Shown here: piece by piece, positions 26,041-38,235 of the stretch
How positions within the stretch are numbered: position 1 is the stretch's first letter
How the letters are laid out: the number at the start of each line of letters is the position of its first letter
Source of the DNA: the human T2T-CHM13v2.0 reference genome, Homo sapiens
Assembly: GCF_009914755.1 (NCBI RefSeq)
Contig: NC_060929.1
Length of the DNA: 64,000 nt
Strand: one strand, 5' to 3'
Made by a program: the position numbers and the translations under genes
The notes under the pieces: model-generated
What the model saw: the letters and a program-made list of their open reading frames with translations, nothing else
Told to the model about the DNA's origin: nothing
The model's database searches: none

Positions 26041-28152
26041 TCCTATTATATCTCTGGCAGTCTCTGACCAGATATGTAAGTTTTGTATTTTTTTACTAGT
26101 TTTAAAATTGAAATTATTAGACTCGATTTTTTTAAAAGAAAAATGCACTTCTATATTTGTGTTGCTATCATTGTGTCGGCACAATGACATACACGTATTA
26201 GACTGATCAGCTTCCGTGCTTCCCTGCCAAGCAACAATATTTACAAGAAAGAAAACCCATACAAAGTTCTGACTAAATTGTCCCATTTGTGTACTTCTCT
26301 GAGGGAAAAATGTCTATGGAAATTTCTTAACATGAATTTCTTTGAAATTGTTAAAGCCTTTTATTTATCAAACAGTGTAGACTGTTAAAACTTCCTCTCT
26401 GCTCCAAATTTTGGCCCAGTTGGTTAATCTTTCAGGAGTGTTGAAAACAGAGCTTTAATTAGCAATTTTATCAGTTAATCCAGTCACTCAGCTTCAGTTC
26501 TTATCTGAATCCTTGGTAGTGCCAGCACTTTGGGACATCAGAGAAAAGCCGGCTTGTCAGTGTGATAGTTGAGAGGACTTCTGTTGAGGAGAAAAAAGAT
26601 CTCAGAAATGGACAGTATTAAATGGAATCTGATACCAATCCAAAAGAAGTGACCTCACCAACAGAACCTAGAATAGAACTTGGTTTCTCTTGCATGTCTC
26701 TGTAATCCTCTGTGGTATGTCACCTTTGTTAGGCAAGACAGAGTCTGCAGTCTTGAGGAGTGTGAAGATAGGACTTAAAACAAGTGAAATTTCCAAGCCA
26801 GTTAGTCACTGAGTTGAGCATAACCCTGGAGTGGCTCTTCACTATGCAAAACCAAAGAAGAGTTTGGAAAATTAACATAGGGCTCATAGAACTCAGTTTC
26901 CTGATGGAAATGAGAAAAATCTCAATGACATGAAGTCATTAATTTTTTGCCTTCTCTAATGCAATCCAATCAGGGAGGCTTGAATCTTCTTCCAAATTCA
27001 TTTCATTTTTCCCTCTGGTATCCTTTATTGATTGCATTTCTATGAAACATCTTGTTTTTCTTGTATTTGAACTGTATTAAAATATATTATTACCTAGAAA
27101 GAAACCTTTACTTCTTCAGAAACAAAGAGCACTTAAGCTATAAAAAGAAGATCCATAATTTCATTATCTCAGCATGCGCCTGTTATCATTGCAACAGCAG
27201 AGCAAGTAACAGGGAAAAAAATTCCATAAGGGAGACATTGGAGCCAGGAGATATTTACGCTTGCCTAAGCAGTTCTGATGATTTGATAGTTGAAATGTTT
27301 ATGCTTTTGTTCACTTAGATAACGTTCTTAGGACATCTATTTTAAACAACAGATAATCGTAGTTAGTACTGAGGGGGCTGACATAGTGGTCGTTTGTATC
27401 TGAGGATTATTAAAACAAACTTAGATGATTGTAGCATAGGGTGACTATTTTTGGTGAAGCAATACTTAGCATTTCATGCTAAAAATGATAGCGTTTTAGA
27501 TTTATTATAAAACTACAGAAAAACACATTTTTCTTCAAAAGCAGAAGAGTGGAATATTAGAGCTTAAGGAAAATTTACTTTGTTTTTATTTTTCACTGGA
27601 CTATGCTTGAAAAGTAAAGTTGGTATATGACTTTATTTTGTCTTTTGTTCAGTGTTCTTTCTTCTTCTTTATTGTTTGACCTAATTTTGAAGTGGCTAAA
27701 GTGCCAAAATCAAAGACCGGTTAAATTTTCTCTGAAGGCTATTGAATGTCATGCCATTATTCTAATAATAAGAGGTTTGTTTAGCTGCTTTGATTTCCAC
27801 AAGCTCAATAGCCTTTTTTTTCTGAGGGAAAAAACACCTCTTGCCTAAATTTTTCTCACAACTAAGCAAGCTAGATATCATGCCAATCTCTGACTTGGAG
27901 CAAGTTGGAATGGCTGCTGCTTTCACTTACTTATTGAGATATAGGAAATTATGAGCAAATAAAATGCAGAACTCAGCTTAATAGGCTATATTAAGCTTGT
28001 GTACACAAACTCTATAGGAGATTTGAATCTTACACTTTGCTAGTTCCAATAATGAGACACTGGCAACACAATTCTTGGCTCTTTGTGGAGCTGAAGGTTT
28101 ATCAGGATTTAATAAAAAGTACCAATTATATATTATATATCTCTATATAATG

Positions 28153-28163
28153 CTCTCTCTCTC

Positions 28164-28199
<36 letters not shown>

Positions 28200-28211
28200 C
28201 GTGTGTGTGTA
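28153..28211. repeat. Compound (CT)n(AT)n(GT)n microsatellite
   Basis: Direct reading of the sequence. Confidence 0.95.
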
Positions 28212-28229
28212 CATAATTACCAATAACTT

Positions 28230-29075
28230 CAACCAGTTCTGAGCGAGTTTCAAGCATCTCTTTCGCTAACCATCACCTCATAATTTCCCAGCTCATGCCC
28301 TCTGGTACCCAGACTCCTCCATCTAACTGGAATGTATACTATGTTGATTCATCCACCTTTTCTTGTTCTTCCCTACTCATGTCCTCCCTTTCCTCCTTAC
28401 CTGGCTTAAATTCTACCATTGTAATCACTTTCTTACATACACCTTTTCCCCTTTTCACTTTGATGTACTAACTTCTTGCCTGTTCTGATCCTGTGCAGCT
28501 ATTGTGGCTGGAAAAATAGTCATAAGCAAGCTGACTGACTTCATTCAAAATTCATGCCCACTGGCCTCGAGTGAAACTTTAGATGACCTAGGGTCACCAT
28601 CTTTTTACATTTCTCTACTCCTTTCACCCTCCCCATTGCCTAGGGAGGCAGTAGTTTTTAACCATGGAGATTTTGTCCCCGGGGGACATTTGGCAATACT
28701 GGAGATGTTTTTGGTTATCACAGTCTCGGGGAGGGAGTGCTACTGGCATCTAGGTGAGTAGAGATCAAAGATGCTTCTAAATAACCCCACGACAAAGAAT
28801 TACTCTGCCCTAAATGTCTATAGTGCCAAGGTTGAGAATCCCTGAGTAGAGCATTTCGTATCTTCTCTTTCTTTAAACTTCCAACACTCTTTACTGTCTA
28901 CACTTTCAGCTAATGATCTTAATTCTTTTTCAATCTGAGAAAATAAAAGCAGTTAAAAGAGACTTACTCGCTCAAACTCCCACTGGCATACTTGCCTACC
29001 TTCATATGTCTATGCCTTCCTTCCTGTTACGCTGGATACCCATCTCTGGTCCTACAGAGGGCTGATCCTTTTGCA
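28230..29075 (+). mobile_element. L2 fragment interrupted by MER20
   Basis: Pyrimidine-rich L2 ORF remnants (tggctggaaaaa, cagctaatgatctt...ctgagaaaataaaagc). Confidence 0.7.
28649..28844. mobile_element. MER20 (hAT-Charlie)
   Basis: cagtagtttttaacc...gggacatttggcaat...tgctactggcatctag...tagtgccaaggttgagaatccctg. Confidence 0.93.
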
Positions 29076-29079
29076 TGAG

Positions 29080-31079
29080 TACTCTTCAATCAGGGACAGA
29101 GTTCCAAGCTCTGGAAGGGTGACACTCTGTGTTTGCCAAGACCACCCTGCTTTTAAACCCAACAACATTGAAAGGCAGCCCACAAATCTGAGGGGCATCA
29201 CTTTGAGAGACATTCTGGTTATACAAGATGATGGTGACTACTGGACTGCCTGTTAATGACTAAACTGAACTCTAGTAACATGCTACTATCTTTTGACTCC
29301 TATTTTTCAGGTTATATCTACTACAAAGAATATAATCTGGGAAGGAGTTTCTGAGAACTACTAGGAATCTAGGAATTCAAACTGTGTGGTGTAAGTCTCA
29401 GTGTGCAACTGTAAATACTGGTGATCAAATGCTTTGAAAGATTCCTGGTTATAACAGACAAGCTATAATGGTAGCATGCCCAACATACCACAGTGTACTC
29501 TGCACTAATGCATGTTACCATCACTTTTGTGGATGGAAAGCTATTAAGCAGAATAGGGAAAAATTCTGAAGTTCCTGATGGGATCAAAATAGTGGGCATT
29601 GCATGGTAGATCTGAGTTCCCCTGAGGAGTGGCCCCACCCTGAGACAGGAATATTGTGGCCTTATGGCACACTCAAACTGAATGGTATTTTGATCTGACC
29701 ACCACTCATCTAACCCCAGGATTATGTTGCACCCATCATTTTGGGGTACAAAATATGTACTCCAATTCTACTCAGGCCATTAACATGATTTGGCAATAAC
29801 ACGCATGGTAGATTAAACAGCACTGGCCCACAAGACAGAAAAGGGCCTTCGAGGAGACAGGTGCTGGTCTAGGTATCTTGGGACAAAGATAATTTGCTTT
29901 TAATGAGGAGTGGTATTTTGAGGAAAATGATTTATTAGCTAGAATAAACAGATTAGAGAAGTTTCCTTCCAGGAGGAGGCAAAGGATGGAAGTCACCCTG
30001 GAAAGATAATTAGCAAAGTGGGTCTGGCAGATTCAACAACTAATGCCAGATAGTGCTAAATCTACTCTTGGGAAACAGCTTGTACCCTGACCCAATAGGG
30101 CCTCTTGACTATTTTAATTCAAATGAAGGATGAAGTGTTCATGGGGCAGTGACCCTCTATTCTAGTTGCTGAAGCATGAGGGCCTCACCTTTGGGAATCT
30201 TATGGCCCTCCAAACTTATGGAAGTTCTCTGGGGGCACTCGAATTTGCATCATTATAGTGTGACTGACTTTGCCCCCAGAATAGGTTGAAAATAAAACAC
30301 TATTTAGGATAGGAGCTATTCTAAATATCACTTGTGTCCTGCCTGTGGGAGGGAGGTGGCCCCTGCTACATAACAATACAAAATGGTAATCAGACTCAAT
30401 ATAGTCTGTGGGATGAGACAGGGTGGTTGACTTTGTCCCCAGTTAACTTGGAACCGAGAAATAACTGAACAATGGCCAATTGTAACAATGTCTGTTTTTA
30501 ATAAGATCTAGTATATGGGCAAGTGTTGATTCTGTTAAGAAGATAAAGCAAATGCCTCTGTAGTTCTTACTGATCTGTTCTGTAATGAAACTGAAATATA
30601 CTGTGACCATACTGCAATATGGTATAATACTGGTGTTGTTGGTAATATTCAACTACCTCATGTAAACAAGTCTTATGATAATACTGATATTGATGATTAA
30701 TTATATTGAGAGATTGAGTTACATCCTGCTCAGGATGTAATACCTATAGAAAATGGCTGATCTGAGGAAGAACTTGATACAGCTAGCCTAAAGCTGATTT
30801 CTAGGATAAATAGTTCAGTACAAGCTTATCATAAGATACAAATAGCAGTAGACCAGGGGAAAACAAGAATAACAAATTAGTACAAGCATACAAAGATATA
30901 AATTATGGTTTTATAGGTCAAATTAGTTGTTTCTTTGAACTGGCTTCTCCAAATGTGAGCCATATTCATTTTGGTACCATTGCTACATCTATTCTATGAG
31001 TGCTGCATCAAATATAAATGTTCTGACAGGCATAATCAGTTTGCTGTAAAGGATATGTGTCAAAGACCAGGGGGTGACC
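29080..31079 (+). mobile_element. ERVL-class internal sequence (MER21-int-like), degraded
   Basis: About 2 kb non-L2 block directly 5' of a MER21 LTR, ending in a PPT-like ccagggggtgacc. Confidence 0.6.
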
Positions 31080-31860
31080 TGTGGTATGATAAGAAAAATA
31101 TTTGGTCTTTGTCTCTGGTTCCTGGCACAGAGCCAAAACCCTTAGAATTTTCTGAGTGATTAGATTGATAGGAGCATCTTTTGTTCTAATGAAGTGCCTC
31201 TTGAAGCTTCCCTAGAGAGATTTAGGATGGGGCCTGTAACCTGAAGGACTAAATCTTGATTAGAAGCTTGGAACTTTCAGTTCCAACCCCCAACCCCTGG
31301 GAAGGATAAAGGGGCTGGAGACTGATTTAATCACCAATGGCCACAATCATGGTTGGGTAATGAAACCTCCATGAAAAACCCTAAATGATGGGGTTTGGGA
31401 GCTTTGAGTTGGCAGACACACCCAAGTGCCAGGAGGCTGGTGCACCCCAACTCCATGGGGACAGAAGCCCCCTTCTGTGCTTGAGACCCTTCCAGACTTC
31501 TTCCTATATGCCTCTTCATCTGGCTATTCATTTGCATCCTTTGTCATAAACTGAAGTAGTAAGTGCAGTGTTTTCCTGAGTCCTGTGAGTCTTAGCAGAT
31601 TATTGAACCTGAAGTGGAGGGATTGTGGGAACCTCTGACTTTGTAACCAAGTCAGACAGAAGTGTGAGTGAGCTGGGTACCTGATATATGTGTAAGCAGC
31701 ATCTGAAGTGAGGGCATTCTTTTGGGACTGAGTCTTTAAACCTGTGGAGTCTGACACTAGCTCTGAGTAGTTAGTGTCAGAATTGGATTAAATTTTAGGA
31801 AGCCTAGTTGGTGCTAGAGAATTGGACAATTGGTTGGCATGAGGAAAAAACCACCCACTC
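31080..31860 (+). mobile_element. MER21 LTR (ERVL)
   Basis: tgtggtatgataagaaaaatatttggtctttgtc...ggttcctggcacagagc...caactccatggggacagaagc...gttagtgtcagaattg. Confidence 0.88.
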
Positions 31861-31864
31861 TGCA

Positions 31865-32530
31865 TCTGTGCAACCTCTCAACACTGAGTGCCTTACGGCT
31901 CAGCCCTGGATCTCCTAAGTTCTCTGCCAACACTTGTTTCTAACTGGAGATTGCATCCCGTATCATGGTTTTAATTATCATCCATATGTTCTGGACTCCC
32001 AGTTTTGGATTACTGGCCTGAATTTTATCTTCACTTCCAGGCTCTTTATCCAGGTACCTTCTCTGTATATCCACTTGGATTTCTAATATGTATCTCAAGC
32101 TTAGCAAACCAAACTCCTGTTCTTATCTCCCTAAACGTCTTTCATAGTTTTTCTCAAAAAATGGTATGTTCATCCTTCCAGTTGCTATAGCCTAAAACCT
32201 TGGTGTTACTCTGGTCCTTTTTTTTGTGATCTCACATGCCACATTTAATCTATCAGCAAATTCCATGAGCTCTGCCTTTAAAACATCAGACTTTGACAAC
32301 TTCTCACCATCCCCACTACTACCATTCTGATCAAGCCTCCATCATCTTTCACTTTTTTTTAAACAAAAAAATCTATATTCCTCTATAATCATATAAGCTT
32401 CCTAAGTCTTATAATCTTTTTTTGGGGAGGGGGGGGCTCTGTTTTGTTCACTGCTATGTCCTTTGCATCGAGAACAGTTCTGGGCACATGGTAGATATAT
32501 GGCACATGTGTTAGAAGAATAAATGAATAA
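31865..32530 (+). mobile_element. L2 3' portion
   Basis: catccttccagttgct...cagcaaattcc...tttgttcactgctatgtc...gggcacatggtag...aataaatgaat. Confidence 0.85.
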
Positions 32531-32669
32531 GAAAATTGTATCTTAATCATACAAACCATTCAGTGAAATAACATCTTGCTGGCTTAAGAAAAAACCCTAA
32601 GTGACAGTATTAAGGCAATAATGCTTTAGTAAAAACAGTGGGGAGTGGGGAAAAAGAAAACAACAGCTG

Positions 32670-32880
32670 TTGACAATTTACTCTGTTCAGGTACTATGCT
32701 AGTTTCTTTATATACATATTAAATTAAATATTTACGTTTATTCCTGTGATGTGGGTATTCAATAATTTTATAGAAATAGTAACTAAGACTCACAGAAGTA
32801 AAACTATAGCTAAAGGTCACATGATTGCTAAGCAGAATAGACACATCTTAAAGCTAATACTGATTCAAAATATCATAAAC
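32670..32880 (-). mobile_element. MIR
   Basis: tactctgttcaggtactatgcta...aactaagactcacagaag...aaggtcacatg. Confidence 0.65.
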
Positions 32881-34149
32881 TTTTTATGTTATCATGCATT
32901 TTAAAAAGAAGCTGGGAAATGCTAAGAGATACTGAGATGGGTTATTAGTGCCATACCACCCTTTGATAGGCATTATTGAGTTCTGATCTTTTTTCTATGC
33001 TTTCTTAAACATATTTTTATCTTTAAATAATCATGTATCACAGAATTTAGATAACATTCATAGGAAAATAAGAATCAAGTATTTAATGAGCATTAAGTGT
33101 CCTATTAATTATATTACATTCTTTATTTTAGGTTCTCTTGTTGGGAAAACCTTTTCAAGCCTATATTATATACAGTGAAATAACATTGAAATGTGGCAGG
33201 ATCATTTTTTGAAGCTGTAGAAAAGCTATTTTTGTGACTTAAATAGTTTTCTAAAGTTGCATTGAATTATGTATTTTGATAGCCTCTGTTTTCTGTCTTA
33301 CTGTAAGTATGCACTATACAAACTATAGTGTAACAATATTTACTTTCATTTGAATTTGTTGCTGGGCCCATGAAGATGTTTCCTGACCCTTACCCTTATA
33401 AACTTCCAAAGGAGTTTGTGTGTACCCTATTAACAGAGAAAGTGAAAAAGTAGATAGTATTCAATTAGTTCAGTTGATGATGAAGACATGTTCCCCTTTA
33501 GAAGAAGGATATTTTATAAGTCTTACAATAAATTAATTTATATTTTATTTTTGACTTTATCATTATCAATTTGGGGCAAAAATTAATCATTTTGTATGCT
33601 AATAGAGGTCAATGACTAGATGCCAATATCCGATGATTCACACTAATCCTTTTATTTTGTAATGTTTTAAAGGACATTTATTACCTTTCACAGTATATCT
33701 TTCTATGGGATATGAGAAAGGTTTATCACATGGAAGACACTCAAAGATATTAACTTACATGGGGTTGAACAGCACAAAATCAGTGGTTCATTACTTTGAA
33801 TATTAGCTGTAAGTCAACAAATAACTGTGATGAAGAAAAATGCTCTTTTTCACAATAATGGCATCACAAAGGTCTTTGGATCATATACTGTCTAATATCA
33901 AAAAATGAAAGTTATATAAAATAGTAAAAATTTGAAAGCATGGTCTAACCACAGCTTGGGATCCTAGTCATTAAAAATTATAATATTGGAGGATTCCATG
34001 AACATGAGAAATTGTTTACAATATAGTGCCAAGTAAAAAGGCTATAAGATAATGTGTGCAATAAGGTATGCCTTCATATACATATGAAAATATATATTCA
34101 TATTTGCACATAAAAATGTTGAGTGCTTATGCTTGAGATGTGATGTATT

Positions 34150-34535
34150 TCTTCAGGTTACTGTGGTAACTCCATTAATTTTGCTGAGTTTAATTTGCTG
34201 AATTGCCAGCTGTGAGGTGGCAGGATGGGGTGGGGGCTATTCCACATAGTCATTCAAAGATTCAGGCTGATGTAGACTCTACAGTCATTAGCTTGGGATT
34301 TTCAGTGTTTGCTGGGCATTGTCAATCAACTGCAGACGGGAAAGGAGGGAGAGAAGATCTTTGGAGGGTTTTATGGGCCAGGCTAAAAGTGGAGCAAATC
34401 ACTTCTGTTGCATTAGCCAGAACTCAGTGGCATGGCCACAAGTAATTGTAAGAAGGATAGAAAGTATGGTCTGTTTTTATGCTCAGGAGAAAAATAAAAT
34501 GGATTTTGGTGAGCACATAATAGTCTCTGCCTCAG
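34150..34535 (-). mobile_element. MaLR LTR (MLT1J/K-like)
   Basis: cattagccagaactcagtggcatggccaca...ggattttggtgagcacataatagtctctgcctca. Confidence 0.75.
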
Positions 34536-35179
34536 GTGAGATCCTGAGTAATATGTTTAGTCATTCTCAGGCTTTGCTCTGTTTATAAGTGGTTGTTGGA
34601 TTTCTGTTTCTCTGCTTAAGTGACAGAGCAACATATATCATCACTCGATTTTGTATCAGTTCTCATTACTATTGCTACCACCAGAAAGTGAGGCTGACAT
34701 CAGGGTTCTATATGAGGGACCTACCTCAGACACTACCTGGGATTGGCTTTTTAATATGACATTGGTCCACTCATACTCTGCTGTATCAACCATTATTTCA
34801 TTGTACATAGGAATCTTTACAACTTGCCATCAATCTCTTGAACATCATAAACCATGAGCCATAATAACATGTGACCACAAGAATATGATGGCCAACTGCA
34901 GGCACATAAGTTTTCTCTACTTAGTGCATAGTAGGTGTTAGAGTAATATCGATTGATTGATTGATTGATTGATAGTCTTCCTGAATTTTTCTGAGTGCTT
35001 TTCTTTCCCTAGTTTATAAGCTGGGATCCCCTAAAGGCAGAGACATTACTTTTGTTCTGTAAATCTCTGTTGGTATATACTTGGCTGATTGACTTTTTAG
35101 ACTCCTTCTGCTGTATGATGGGCTTCTGTTGCTCAGACCAACAACAAGCTTATGTGGATAAGGCCAAATGGAATGATCT

Positions 35180-35460
35180 CTGGGTTTAGAGGTAGAAGAC
35201 CCAGGTTCTAGTTAAGCCTGGGAAATAATCAGCTTTCTGACAGATCCATGGACACAGTGGTGTTTTCTAAACTTTTTTGGATGATTTAGGCAAGTAATAT
35301 TTCCTCTCTGTCTTCTATTTCTTAATCTGTAAAATGAGGCTAATAATACTAAAACACCTACTGTTTCTCTGATATAACTGTGAAAATCAAATTGCTCCTA
35401 GTTTTCACTTATGAACATAAAGGATGTATGTAACATATCTAGACTTTAGAAATATGAACT
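35180..35460 (+). mobile_element. MIR
   Basis: gaagacccaggttctagt...ggcaagtaat...ttcttaatctgtaaaatgaggctaataatac. Confidence 0.65.
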
Positions 35461-35484
35461 TCCATAGTATTCAATTAAATCCTG

Positions 35485-35968
35485 CTGGATAGTCTCTCTA
35501 GACACATTCTTTAGGCTTGTCCATTTGGCTCTGTCATCCAGAAGGCTGATCTCTGTGAATTATTTATTGGCTAGGCTCCCTTGACCTATGGGTTAGCTCA
35601 AAAGCACCAACAAGAGATTAGATGGCTAGAGGAAAGAGAATTGGGGTATTTATTCCACAGCTGTATCTTTGCAGGATTGCAGGGTGTCAGTTGCTGTGTT
35701 CCTTTACCAAAAGCCAAAATTCCTATTTGGAGGGCTCTCCTACAGTTACAGCTTTCACCAAGTTTCTAGAATTGTTCTTTCCCCTGACCTTGCAAGCCTA
35801 AGGGTGGTAGTGGTCTTAAGGTTGCTAACCCTTGGGTGTTTTTCAATCATCCCTTATGGTTGTCTTAAACCCTGCTTACATATTTGTAAGTGGCCGCTTC
35901 ATTAATTTCAGATCAATCACCCCTTTTGTGTGTGCTATCTGTATCCTACTGAGATTCTGACCCATGAA
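35485..35968 (+). mobile_element. LTR33-like ERVL LTR
   Basis: caagagattagatggctagaggaaagagaattggggtatttattcc...cctaagggtggtag...aaccctgc...tgtgctatctgt. Confidence 0.75.
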
Positions 35969-36207
35969 GAGATTTCTTCAGAGCTGGAAGGAAAGTTCAT
36001 ATTCCCTTATGTGCATTATACAGTAGCAACATGTGCTGAGTCTACATACAGGAAATGGAAAAAAATTCCTGACATTTAGGGTCTTAAAATTTCATAGATG
36101 TCATAAACTTTGAATAAACAACGAAAAAGCATATAAATACTGAGACATTTCAGATGCAAATTATTTATAAGTTGTGCAAATATTGTGTATGCCCAATAAT
36201 AAAAGAC

Positions 36208-36390
36208 ATCACACACCGGGACCTGTTATGGGGTTGGGGGAGGGGGGAGGGATAACATTAGGAGAAACACCTAACGTAAATGACAAGTTAATGGGTGCGG
36301 TACACCAACATGGCACATATATACATATGTAACAAACCTGCACATTGTGCACATGTACCCTAGAACTTAAAGTATAAAATAAACAAATAA
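36208..36390 (+). mobile_element. 5'-truncated L1PA 3' end
   Basis: cacacaccggg...gggaggg...catgtaccctagaacttaaagtata plus A-tail; TSD aataaaagacat at 36198-36209 and 36390-36401. Confidence 0.95.
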
Positions 36391-36587
36391 ATAAAAGACA
36401 TTAACATTATGCATGCAACTGTGTATATTCAGGCCAGCTCCTAAACAGAAATCTCTCCAATTTTTTCCTGCTTGGGAACTTTTGGTCAGCTCCTCAAATA
36501 AGTTGCAATTTTCCTCTCAAGACTTCACCTTTGGTGCCCTTTCTTCAAAATGTTTCTCTGACATAATATAGTGGTTCAATGTATAAT

Positions 36588-36715
36588 TAGGTTGACCCTA
36601 CATCCCAGTTTGACTGAGAATTTCAACTTAGTTAAATACCAGTTTAATTATTAGGAGTACCCCCTACACTCTTAGAAGTTTCCCAGTTTAGAAGATAAAT
36701 TGTGTACAATGGTCT
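36588..36715. mobile_element. MER94 (hAT-Blackjack)
   Basis: taggttgaccctacatcccagtttg...taattattagg...cactcttagaagtttcccagttt...gataaatt. Confidence 0.75.
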
Positions 36716-37694
36716 TTTACTAAGACCATTGAGAGATCTTGGAGTATAAGCTTGTATAACCTGGGAAGTTTCAAATACATGGTCTCATTTGGCTATGCTG
36801 CTTCTTGATGATCTGTGGTATTTGGTTTGTTTCCGTGGTTGGTTACCAAAGCATGGTAGACATAATTTATTGGTCACTTAATTTTTCTCTTTTTTTGCCC
36901 CAGTTTTAACAATTCCAGGTTGAAATAGCTTTTTCTGCAGGCTTATATAAGTCCTGCATTCTTTCGTAAAGCAGCAAAGTTCTTTGCTTTCTTAACTACA
37001 AGCTGTTCTCTCATAGTTTGAATTAGAGTACATTTTTCTTCTTCGTGTAGAAGTTGCTCTGAATCATTTTTTTCTTTGCTTTCTGTGTCGCATCCTGTTC
37101 TCCAGGTTTAAATGTATCAGGATGCTTCTGGGTTTCTCTGTGCAGCATGTAGCATTTGTTTCTTACTTTCCAAATTCCTCATGTTTTTGAACTCTATTTC
37201 TCTAAAAAGCCTAAATTTTACTTTATGATTGTACTCCCTCCTTAAAGTCATAAGTACAATTATCCCACATTTTGCTCAATATAAACATTCATAAATTTAA
37301 AGCTAACTTTGTATTATAATTGGGTCAAACCTGGGAGATGGTAGAATTTTGATCCCTTTTAGGATTCTGAGGAGAGGAGTTTTCCCCAAGATACCTCATT
37401 GAAGGTTTCTGAAATATGAAGTCATAGGTAGAATTTTATCTTTTACAGTCACTACCACCTAGTCAGAGATAGAAAGCTTATTCTAAGATAGAATGCATGG
37501 ATGTTAAATAATCTGGCAACTGCATGGAGTTTTCCCTCTAGCAAATAGCAAGTAGTCATGAAACAATATCATCGATAAAATGTTTTATCTTTTCAAAGAT
37601 ATTGATGAAGCATGAAAATATCTACTGCCATCATTTACCTCAGCTTTTATGTATTTTTAAAATAGTTTGATTAGTTAAAAGGCTTATTTTGTCA

Positions 37695-38235
37695 TTTATT
37701 TATCCATTTACTCATATAGTCAAGAAGTATTTATTGAGCACTTAGAGTATGTCAGGCACTGTAGTGGATAGTGAGGATACAACGGTGAATGAGAAATATA
37801 CAATCATTGCTCTCAGGGAGCTTATAGGGTCATGGAACACAAATAGATGCCAAAAGAATAGTGTGATGAGGAAAGTACAGATGTAAAAGATGCATCTTTC
37901 TGAGAGCTAGGGATCAGACAAAGCTTCTTGAAAAAAGTCCAGTCCAAGCAGTGCCTGAGAAGTGTGAGTTATCTCGGACAGAAGTGGAGAGGCCTGGGAG
38001 AAGGAAAAGGGCAGAAAGTGTTACAGGGAGGGAGGATAGTATATGTAAAGGTTCTCTGGTCAGGGTGGTCAGGGAGAACAGGGCACATTAAGGAAATAAA
38101 TAGTTTGGCTGGAATATAGAGGGTAACAGGTGGAGAGAGGTGAGAATGAGGCAGAAGATAAGTAGGGGCTATAGGATGTAAGTCAAGATAAGGAGATGGG
38201 ACCTAGTGGTGAGGGTAATACAGACCTATGAGTAA
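37695..38235 (-). mobile_element. L2 3' end
   Basis: gtatttattgagcacttagagtatgtcaggcactgt...ctctcagggagcttatag. Confidence 0.85.
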
